From NCBI GenBank assembly GCA_031409655.1, contig JANNXQ010000127.1, forward strand, positions 51,497 through 115,496: a stretch of DNA of 64,000 nucleotides. The letters run 5' to 3'. This stretch comes from Chthoniobacteraceae bacterium (GTDB lineage Bacteria > Verrucomicrobiota > Verrucomicrobiia > Chthoniobacterales > Chthoniobacteraceae). The position numbers were made by a program, and so were the translations under genes. Positions 52,701 to 59,300 of the stretch are shown here, piece after piece (position 1 is the first letter of the stretch; each line of letters begins with the position of its first letter). A model generated the notes under the pieces. That model did not search any database. It worked only from the letters and a program-made list of their open reading frames with translations, and was not told the DNA's origin.

Positions 52701-54567
52701 TATCGGAGCGGCTGCGGCAGGATTGGTCACCTTCAACGCCCAATCCGGCACCTTGCAGAATCTCGGCGAGCTCAACGGCGGCGGCACGCTGAACAAGACG
52801 ACCGGCGGCACGCTCCTGATGGACACCCTGAACAGCTACACCGGAACGACCACCGTGAGCAACGGGTTGCTCCGGATCACCCACGGGAGTGCCTTGGGAA
52901 CCACCGCCGGTGGGACCAGCGTCGCCAACGGAGCCACCCTGGAACTCTCGAATAACATCACCACCCTGGCCGAAGCCCTGACCCTCAATGGAGCCGGCCT
53001 CGCCAGCGTGGGCGCCCTGCACAATCTCTCCGGGGCTAACACCTATACCGGCGCGATCACCGCGGCCACCTCGACCACCATCACCGCGGACGCCGCGTCC
53101 ACGCTCGACCTCACGGGAGGCATCGCCAAGAACGGCGTGACCTTGACCTTCACCGGTGGCGGCACGGCCAACATCTCGGGTGTGGGCATCAGCGGAATTC
53201 TCGCGAACTCCGATCTCGTCGTGGACGGCTTGACCCTGAACTTTGGCGTCGCCAACGACTACAACGGCCCGACCATCATCCGCAGCAACGGCGGCGGCAC
53301 CGGCATCATCAACGCCAATGTGGTGAATGCGCTGCCAACGGCCAATGGGCGTTCGGCGGTGACCATGGACGACAGCGGCGCGGGCAGCTCGCAGTTGAAC
53401 CTCGGGGCCGACCAGTCGATCAAATCCCTCGCCGGAGCCGCCTCGTCTCTCGTGAGCCTCGGGGCCAACACCCTGACCGTCGGCACGACTTCTGGCACGA
53501 CGACCTTTGCGGGCAACATCAGCGGTGCGGCAGGAGCGGGTCTCATCAAGGACGGGGCCAGCACGCTCGTCCTCTCTGGGACCAATTCCTACCCCGGTGA
53601 TACCACGGTCAGTGGGGGCACCCTCAGCGTCAGCGGTGGAGCCGCGGTCGCGGACGCTGCGCATGTCCAGGTCGGGACGGCCGCCGGGGCCATCTTCGAT
53701 GTGAACGGCGACGAAACCATCGGCGACATCAGCGGCGGCGGCGCAGCGGGCGGCGAGATCGTCCTGAACGCCACTAAGACCCTCACCGTCAACGGTGGTT
53801 CGGGTTCCACGCTCTTCAATGGCGTCGTGAGCGGTGCTGGTAACCTGGCCGTCAGCGGGAGTGGTTCGGTGACCCTCGATTCGCTTGCGGCCGGCGGGAA
53901 CACCTTCACCGGCACAGCCACCGTTGGCGGAGGCACCTCCTCGCTCACCGCGCAAAATGCCAACGCCCTCGCGGGAGTCACCACGGTGGCGGTGAACACT
54001 GGCGGCACCCTCTTCCTCACTGGGGCGAATGTCCCGGTCACTGGAACGGACCGGATCAACAACGTTGCCGCCTTTACCTTGGCTGGCGGCAAGATTGATG
54101 TCGGGAGCGCGCAGGAAGGCAATGGCACTCTGAGCCTCGCCGGTGTGGGAGCGCTGACGCTCTCCATCTCCTCCACCCTTGACTTCTCGGGTGTCGGAAC
54201 GCTGATGTTCGCCAGCGCTGGTGCTAGTCCGAATGGGACGTTGACCATCGCTAATTGGACCGGCACTGCGTTCACTCTCGGGACGGACGGGACCACGGAT
54301 CGTCTCATCTTCCAGGGGTCGAATGCGAATCGAACGGCATTCGAGACCAACTACGACAGCACCACGAGCAACTTCATCGACTTCGGTGGTAGCTTTCTTC
54401 CCGGGTTCGCCACGATCCAGTTTAACACCAACTACTTCGAAGTCGTCCCGGTGCCGGAACCGACCGGAGTGCTCGTCGGCCTGGCGATGTTTGGCCTCGC
54501 CGGGATGCGTGAGCGCCGCCGCTCGAACGCCCGCCGCCGCGAAGAGCGCCTGGCTGGTCGCAACTAA
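43708..54567 (+). CDS. Giant (3619 aa) autotransporter-associated beta-strand repeat (PATR) surface protein with PEP-CTERM sorting signal
   Basis: Long signal peptide; many LxKxGxGxLxLxxxNxYxGxTxxxxGxL repeats; C-terminal VPEPTG + TM + RERRR; no C-terminal beta-barrel. Confidence 0.93.
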   Translation: MKRTLPTTPKTSVARLLKPRPLGESLSRLGSIAVISATLLAGSGTAKAVDNDWTAGSSLDFLWSTIANWSLGLPTGAQDLRFLRPIPNPGALLNPETITLGAGSLGNSLSFKGNYTLTGGDLTLTAGAIRADVGTSAIISSQLISTSGFTLTGGGQVKLTNTSNSISGTTTLAGGTLVVSDLLQLGGSATPIVITSGNSVSGNTAVTGFVGGSLFLDGTSSALSLARAIGLEGLGANGRGSALVSLGSNTLSGLVTAGGGATSRSSRLASVNGTLTLSGGLVAAGTNITTFTTLGGNNSVGAGNFNLTGPLTGTGSIEKAGSGALFLNPSVATGFSGTTRISGAAAVNQSSVRVGTATAFGANAGTTSSSTIDMNGGVLEVRSDTALTFAKTVYQRASSTIYTGPAAGGSGVNLISNFNALHVASNTTLTFNSRNGGGVTFTGAQTQENSNNPVTWTNNLGGALLFTASVWPNSDAATARTLTIGGNGNTTITTNIAATGAGVKTVTKTGTGLLTIIGNAAGAGVNGPTNIQGSLAATDFRSISDTTASTQLITLGNTTTTLGNLIIGTSGTSVLANLVSSRPIVFNGTTNNNAIYANQTLGSPVVLNGAITKPLATTANIVLGGTSTQENIINTAIPVTGTGGLIKNGAGLWALSATNLYAGPTTITRGTLRLKPTAGGASDIIPNANALVFNADAVTQDAGGVLELLGANTETLGALTPTAGAGTVRLLTAAASLTFTSSPVPGKGSGVNFEPIAGSTVTLTGVAGSTAITLPGNGHFYIGGADFARSSTVTPGLIVTPAYGTDAGFVNGGAALTAGNHNLVNAVIAAQPAVAVSSLKLTTNNITLAGLLTVNTGGAANDGGILAAGSSTIAGTGITSGGAGTLVFRSNLAANVLTLNAPITATTTGGFTKNGAGVLIIGGANAQSGAIAINEGTVRLGASGVLSAGGASAADLAIRQGAVLDLNGVSSGTAIRSLDGSGSIVNGQSGTPAAATLTLGNNNGTGTFTGIIGNGTGGAVSVTKGGIGGMSWLGNNTYTGVTTIGSTGLVTVNTLALGGVASGIGQSSSAATNLVFNGTTGGLVYAGGLLNGSLSVGSRSATTDRLFTLAGSGATLSSTATNNNAIVWSNTGAIVNTGGANTLLFTGTSTGDNTFNPQLTDTGGVITVTKTAVGQWNLGNTANSYTGLTTVAEGVLGLNDNGALPSLSPLQLGAAATIGQIQMSGSLARTLTATPTAGTGTLTFGGTAGGGFAAHIGKLTVTLDGGAGVTWAGGAGFVPNAATLSLNSTSSLDQVEFTNAINLNGALRTVTVNDNPNTGADLAILSGALSGSGTSGLTKAGTGILQLTSNASSYQGVTAVNAGALAVRSLGLSGVAGTSSVGEVTVGAFTAANAVTLGSGTTGGVLQYTGAGETSDRQIRITSTTGSPQIHADGSGALVLTAVSNNAAGVKGLFLRGSSMAGNTITSPLIDNGGALSLSVDGSATWILTNSGNLYSGGTTAGGGALGIGDNAALGSGALSNSNGSVFAFGADRSIANAVTLPNNTANGWIGDYSLTIGGATNFAAAGNNINTNNNIVAGKALTFNGGFTANALTALRAWVFDGTGETVLNGTFTTSTAFGVRMDVNGGGTLNLGLTAAGSNWNQVAGSGVDVDRGTLKFSANNAIPTTVAASGGVTLSPELVTSDTATLDLNGTTQTLNAFTATTDGTAIITNSAVGPATLIVGANNNNAAFGTGGAGIYSITQPGGVISLTKVGTGTANFTGTLGNTGTITSNGGALNLNSPVLTATAVGDGGQLNFKGGFTTPGNLLSVTTDNGGLVSFANGVGTPFANLTTLNLSLTASSGLELDAGDTAVDFLTTSAASVANVTTLFIKDIDITSSTSYPLISHAGGGLGVLGNYALNLPGYSGSTLTVTPTLVTLNAGTLITSDVYWNNGTGFPVGGVLTQAWNTVDPTTTNINFSGVVGGSPALQLSENLPGKGQKVIFQADNIALSGVPLATTLEQSFTVNAIEFRVSAIAADTSRTISIAPGAVSSNSLTLKPSLSTDGINLQTGAVGTVTISAPFVAGTPQTWTVADAPVELTNGVTTFPATPTIVAVTSTTGLRPGMTITGTGIPANTTIVSVDSPTQVTISNGATAAGTGLNILAAQQLNMSGALSGAGNVAKAGAGKVVLSGASGTLTGTYTTNAGITQVNTLSALGGSVGVPGSGADITVTGGSFFFNGAAATFVNDIALNGGTLASGGGNHTYSGGINVSANSTVSLRDQAAASAAFGIARNVTLSGVVSGASNITIDAVNTVTGGNQTAGTLTLSNVANTWTGDLLFNRGTVSLPTAVSPFLTSNDVTFSAFGRLQLNGADTTTLTRTGTLNFSAGAIGEFSVDNAAATPVGNYTVNQTGAVTLGSGGVGGTARFFLANDNGSNLTITGGVILDGNSSISVTGSDADSLVTISGTGISGTGNLAINDEAGGWGVASSRLAINAAGTYLGNTSLNEGILILGHATALSTGSLTITGASTLQTNTDLTAGSGIANAVVVNAALTLRGTDNFKLSGAISGTAGLTKLDAGTVILSGLDPVAANNYAGLTTLNGGTTVIETTAASLTGGLTIGTAAGTTLSALNLTTGSATFGGATVVQTNSLTPNTVAIGTGQTLRLNGSVVIGTNGASNTRLTASGLGTLTIGAVGSPTNANLTLGNNTTTNVSNGATLDLSGLSTFYANLGTGTLRVGSATNGGGTSTNGASSLILAPVSEILATTITQDSPDGNVTQAIKLGSTSNIIAANTITIGAGANGRTSGTFDFSTGTGTLSIRSFADPVAGRATLNVANVTFGTGQGPSAIFNTTGHSADLRFATVTVASRSANTGGATGTFSFDTGTLDADDLIAGSKLVGSTGGTALGTINLAGGTSAFNSVTGPMVLGTNAVGNGTGSGTLNVSGSAVVTVAANAGTAIALGNASVAAGTATGVVNVTGGSLTVAGNIVRGATTGTSNATVTLNGGTLNVSTFNIGAAAAGLVTFNAQSGTLQNLGELNGGGTLNKTTGGTLLMDTLNSYTGTTTVSNGLLRITHGSALGTTAGGTSVANGATLELSNNITTLAEALTLNGAGLASVGALHNLSGANTYTGAITAATSTTITADAASTLDLTGGIAKNGVTLTFTGGGTANISGVGISGILANSDLVVDGLTLNFGVANDYNGPTIIRSNGGGTGIINANVVNALPTANGRSAVTMDDSGAGSSQLNLGADQSIKSLAGAASSLVSLGANTLTVGTTSGTTTFAGNISGAAGAGLIKDGASTLVLSGTNSYPGDTTVSGGTLSVSGGAAVADAAHVQVGTAAGAIFDVNGDETIGDISGGGAAGGEIVLNATKTLTVNGGSGSTLFNGVVSGAGNLAVSGSGSVTLDSLAAGGNTFTGTATVGGGTSSLTAQNANALAGVTTVAVNTGGTLFLTGANVPVTGTDRINNVAAFTLAGGKIDVGSAQEGNGTLSLAGVGALTLSISSTLDFSGVGTLMFASAGASPNGTLTIANWTGTAFTLGTDGTTDRLIFQGSNANRTAFETNYDSTTSNFIDFGGSFLPGFATIQFNTNYFEVVPVPEPTGVLVGLAMFGLAGMRERRRSNARRREERLAGRN

Positions 54568-54602
54568 GGCGTCCTTCGATCGCCGACGCGATCGAATCAC
54601 TT

Positions 54603-54640
54603 GAAAGGGGCGGGGATCAAAATCCCCGCCCTTTTCGTTT
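54603..54640 (+). terminator. Intrinsic terminator after the giant gene
   Basis: aaaggggcggggat-caaa-atccccgcccttttcgttt. Confidence 0.85.
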
Positions 54641-54771
54641 CCCAGAGACCCCTTGCAATGGCGTTCCAGATTCGCCTGACGCCTCGGGGAGCGAGGGTGC
54701 CACCGGCCAATCGCTTGCTTTGGAAGGTTTGGAGTTTGGAGTTTGGCGTTAAACCCAAATCCGGAGATAGG

Positions 54772-54907
54772 AACCACGGATTGCCCGGATACCACGGATT
54801 TCCAAGCCCGTGGAGCGCCCAGTATCCTCGCCCACTGGCTAAACGGAAGAGGAGGCGACGGACCCACGCATTCCACTGCATCCGTGTCATCTGGGAAATC
54901 CGTGGTT
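54772..54907. repeat. Head-to-head nonamer (CCACGGAT family) palindrome preceded by a GGAGTTT heptamer run
   Basis: aaccacggattgcccggataccacggat ... atccgtgtcatctgggaaatccgtggtt. Confidence 0.75.
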
Positions 54908-55014
54908 TCTCCCATCGCCCTTTTTAGGTCAAACTCCGCCGCACGCCCCAGCCGCCCCGCTTTCCCGCCTGCTTTCTGAGATTGCAGGGCGTGGTCGCCA
55001 GCGCGGAGAAAACT

Positions 55015-55277
55015 CCCATGAGCGCTAACTTAACGCTTTTCACCCCAACGGGGTTCCGTCCTCCAGCCCAGGGTTGCCGCAACCCTGGGATATTTGCCCG
55101 CAGCAGCCAACAACCCCAACGGGGGTTGAGGCCGACTCTGCGCACGGTGAACGGGCACGCAGGGCGCAACCCCGTTGGGGATGGGCGCACGCTGAACGCA
55201 AACCCAGGGTTGAAGCAACCCTGGGCTCGAAGACGCAACCCCGTTGGGGTCGGCGGCGTTAAGTTAGCGCCTATGGG
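55015..55277. mobile_element. 263-bp MITE with 22-bp TIRs and 6-bp target-site duplication, carrying a multi-hairpin REP-like cargo
   Basis: cccatgagcgctaacttaacgc / gcgttaagttagcgcctatggg; AAAACT at 55009-55014 and 55278-55283; internal ccccaacgggg and cccagggttg..caaccctggg hairpins arranged symmetrically. Confidence 0.85.
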
Positions 55278-55296
55278 AAAACTCCCCTACCTTCCC

Positions 55297-55575
55297 CTCA
55301 AGCGCCATGCGGGTGATTTGGGAATGCCGCTTGAAAAGATCGATGCCGCGCTGGATGGCCTTTGTGTCATTGCCGAAAAGTGGAAGCTCAGCCCGGGCTG
55401 GATTCCCGTCTTGCGCGATCCCGATGATGAACCGATTCTCCAACTCGCCATCGAGGCCCGTGTCCGGTAGGTGATCAGCCGAAGCGTCCGCGACTTTGAC
55501 GGCGCCGACCGATTCGGCATCGAGATCATCCAGCCAGCCGCTTTCCTGAAACTCATCCGCCAGCCCCAACCATGA
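55297..55575 (+). pseudogene. Truncated PIN-domain toxin with internal stop
   Basis: LKRHAGDLG...LRDPDDEPILQLAIEARVR*VISRSVRDFDGADRFGIEIIQPAAFLKLIR; TAG at 55468-55470; the N-terminal DTNV motif is missing; final stop overlaps the antitoxin ATG (ATGA). Confidence 0.82.
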
Positions 55576-55808
55576 CCACCCTCACCGCGCAAATTCCAGA
55601 CAGTCTCGCCCGTCAGGTGCAGGAACTCGCCTCTCGCGAGAGCGTCCAGATCGACCATCTCGTGGCCATCGCCCTCGCTTCTCAGGTGGCGGGCTGGGAG
55701 ACCCGGAATTCCGTCGAGCAGCGTGCGCAGCGCGGCAGTGTCGAAGCACTCCGGCAAGCCCTCGACCGCGTTCCCGCGCGTCCGCCTCTGGAGGGCGACG
55801 AACTCTGA
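55572..55808 (+). CDS. Ribbon-helix-helix (HicB-like) antitoxin
   Basis: MTTLTAQIPDSLARQVQELASRESVQIDHLVAIAL...RAQRGS...LDRVPARPPLEGDEL; coupled to the PIN relic. Confidence 0.82.
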   Translation: MTTLTAQIPDSLARQVQELASRESVQIDHLVAIALASQVAGWETRNSVEQRAQRGSVEALRQALDRVPARPPLEGDEL

Positions 55809-55940
55809 GGTCGCAGTGGGAAACGGACTCTCCGGGAGCGGGAGCGGGGTGGGTGCGGCCGGCGGGCGCGGCACGGAGGGGATGCGGGTGAGGCAAAACG
55901 TCTCGCCGTTCCCCCTCACCCCACGCGGTTGATTTTTCTT

Positions 55941-56083
55941 CTCGTTCCCAAACTTCGTTTGGGAATGCATTTTGGGGGCGAAATTCTGTTTACAGTGGCG
56001 GGCCGCTGGCCATGAGCGGGTGCGGCATCAGGGCAACCGAGTTGCGCGGACAGTGGTATTCCCAAACGGAGTTTGGGCGGGAG
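55941..56083. repeat. REPIN-like doublet (TTCCCAAAC family)
   Basis: ctcgttcccaaacttcgtttgggaatgc ... gtattcccaaacggagtttgggcgggag. Confidence 0.8.
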
Positions 56084-56344
56084 GGAAACGAGGGAATGTG
56101 CGCCGAGCGCCGTTGGCGTTCGCCGATCATCCAGCTGATCATTCATGCCGTGGCGGTGTTCGATGTTCGATGTTGGATGTTCGCCGCGTCCGCCCCAACC
56201 CTGATAAAGTTTTTGTACTACGGGCTTGCATCCCATCCCCGCTACGGGTTAAAAATATATTGAGTTGTCCCCCTAGTTTTCCGGAAATCTCCGGGAATGT
56301 TTCCGCCCCCTCACTCCCCCTCGAATTTGCCGAGTCTTCCACTT

Positions 56345-59300
56345 ATGAAAACACGCCTGAACTTCCTCCGTTCCCGGTTCGCGCCTCTCGCGGCAGCGCT
56401 TTTGCTCCTGGCCGCCGCCCCGCTGCCCGCCGCCATCGACCTGAACGGCAATGGCCTGAGCGATGTCTGGGAGCTCCTGCACGAGGACGCGGTCGATCCG
56501 GCGGGTGATGCTGACGGCGACGGCCAGAGCAATCTCGAGGAAAGCATCTTTGGCACGGACCCGATGGTCGCGAGTAACCGATTCCACTCGCCGGCGCTCG
56601 CCTTCAATGTGGCCACCGGCCAGCTCGAGGTCTCCTGGAGCAGCGTGGCCGGAAAGCGGTACCAATTGCAGACTTGCGGCGATCTGGCGACCGGCGCATG
56701 GGTCAATGAGGGCGCGGCCGTGATGGGGACGGGCGCGACCTTGAGCGCGAACCGCCCGCCCGGCAGTCTCTCGCGGTTGTATCTCCGAGTGCAGGTCAGT
56801 GATGTGGACACGGATGGGGACAGCCTCACCAACTGGGAAGAAATCACCCTCGGGCTCGACCCGAACGATCGCAGCAACGGCACTGGGAGCTTCGGTGACG
56901 GTGGCAAAGGCACCGGCAACTCTGCGCAGGCGAATCCGGTCGTGACGATCGTGGCCACGCAGCCTCTGGCCGCGGAGGATGGGCCGACGCCCGGCAAGGT
57001 GACGATCCAGCGCAGCGGCGCGACCAACCTAGTGCTGGTCGGTTATTCGATCACCGGCACGGCCACGAAAAACGTGGATCACACGGCGGTCTCTGCCTGG
57101 GTGACTCTGGCGGAAGGCGTGAATAGCGCGGATGTCATGATCAATGCGCTGAACGACTCGGTGTTGGAGTCCAGCGAATCGGTGACGGTGGCGATTAGTT
57201 TCGTGCTTTCCATCACGCCGACCGTGTCGTTGAGCATCGCCCCGGGCAGTCCGAGTAAGGCGACCGTGATCATCGCGAACCGGTCAACCGCAACTGGCAC
57301 GGGCCTGCTGGGAAAATATTACGATAACGCGAGCACGACTTACACGAACGCGGCGAATTTTTCCGGCACCCCGTTCTCGCGAGTGGACCCGACGGTGGAC
57401 CTCGATTGGAGCTACGGAACGCCGAATGGCAATACGCTGCTGACGAGTGCGGATACCTACTCAGTGACTTGGGAAGCGTATCTTTCGCCGACGCCCACCG
57501 GCACGACTTTTAACGTACTAACAAACAACTACGTCTTCCAGCTTAATGCCGCCGACGACGACAAGGCGCGGGTTTTCCTGGACGCCAACGATGGCAATGG
57601 ATTCGTGCAAATCCTCCAAAATGGCTGGGACGATGCGGCCACCGGAACTTACAAACAAAGCGGAACCTATACCCTCACGGTCCCGGCTGGACCGGCGAAT
57701 CGTTACCACATCAAGGTCGAATTCATCGAGACGTCTGGAAATGCGACGTGCGGCCTGCAATGGAAAGTCGGGACGGCCGGCTTTGTGAATATCCCGGTCT
57801 CGACCACGGTGAACAGTGTTTCGACCACGAATGTCTTTACGGATAATGTCGGCACGACCGCGGGTTGGGTGGGAAAATACTACGACGGCATGGCCATGCC
57901 GATTAGCTCGAACACGCTGAAGAGCACCCAAACGGATTCCGCGGTTACCAATGGCAACAACGGCTTCTGGGGGGCGGGCACGCCAGACCCGTCGATCGGC
58001 CGCGACACTTTCTCGGTGCGCTGGACCGGCCAGGTGCAGCCGCAGTATTCGGAGGAATACACCTTCGTCGTGAACTGCGACGACGCTGCGAAGCTCTGGA
58101 TCAATGGCCAGCCGCTGACTTTGAGGCTCGCCTCCGCGACGAGCAGTTCCGGGACTTATAACTACAATGGCACCACCGGGGACACGGTTGTCACGCACCC
58201 CAACATCCCCAATGGCAGCTTCGTCCTCGGCGAAACCGTTCGGGTCGATCCCACCAGCGGCAATCTGAGCTACGCGACCGGCAGCACCTACAGTTATGAC
58301 TCCGTCACCGGCAACGCGGTGATCACTTACTCAAATCTGACGACGGTTGCCGCGGGTGGCTTCCATACCGGGGAAACCGTTTACTTGGATCCGACCAGCG
58401 GTAATTTGACCTCTTTGGCCAGCCTTCCGTATCCGATCACGGCGGATGACGGCGCGACCACCTTCACCGTGAATTTTGGAGCCGGAGCCTTCCTCGACGG
58501 CACGGGCAGCATCAATATCGCCGACGTGCGCGACGCCGTCGTGACCGCGGTAGGTACCGGGACGGTCACCGTGAGCTTTGGAACCGGAAAGTCCGCCACC
58601 GGTGCGGGAAATTGCACCATCGAAGCAATCAACAAGCCTGTTGACTGGCCCACGTCTTTGACTACGGACCGCTACGCTCGCGTCACGCTGCTGGGCGGAT
58701 TGCGTTACGAAATCCGGCTCGATTACTTCGAAAACACCGGCCCGGCCAAGTGCCAGCTCTCGTGGTATAGCCCGAGCCAGCCCAAGCAGATCATTCCGAG
58801 CACCCGCCTGTATCCGACGAGCGTGGCGCAGCAGCAGGCCTTCCACACCGGCCCTACATCGGCTTACGGGCAGGTGGGCGGACCCATCTCCATCGCCGTC
58901 TCCGGCAGCAATGGCTCCACCGTGAGCATCAGCGGCAAACCCACCTGGCTGACCTTCAGCGGCGGCGTGCTCACCGGCACGCCTCCGGCCGGCGCTGGCG
59001 GCGATTACCAGATGATCATCACCACCACGAACGCGGCGGGTATCGGCACGTCGATCATCAATCTGCACGTCGATGACAACACCGACAAGCCGATCGCCCG
59101 CGAGTATTGGACCGGCGTCGCGGGCTCGACCGTGGCGGACATCCCGACCAGCACCGCACCCACTGGCTCCAGCAACCTGGCTTCGCTCGAAGGCCCCAGC
59201 GGCGCCGGCCCCAACTACGGCGCGCGCATCCGCGGTTTCCTCATCGCGCCGGTGACGGGCAACTACTACTTCTGGATCGCGGCGAACAATGCCGCGGAAC

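Noticed and set aside
51919..54915. 998-aa minus-strand ORF (likewise 307-1488, 8309-10450, 20193-22775, 29465-31390)
   Set aside because: These are antisense shadows of well-supported high-GC genes and have no motifs.
54982..55470. 162-aa intact gene
   Set aside because: It is a chimera of MITE sequence and a PIN fragment, ending at the premature stop.
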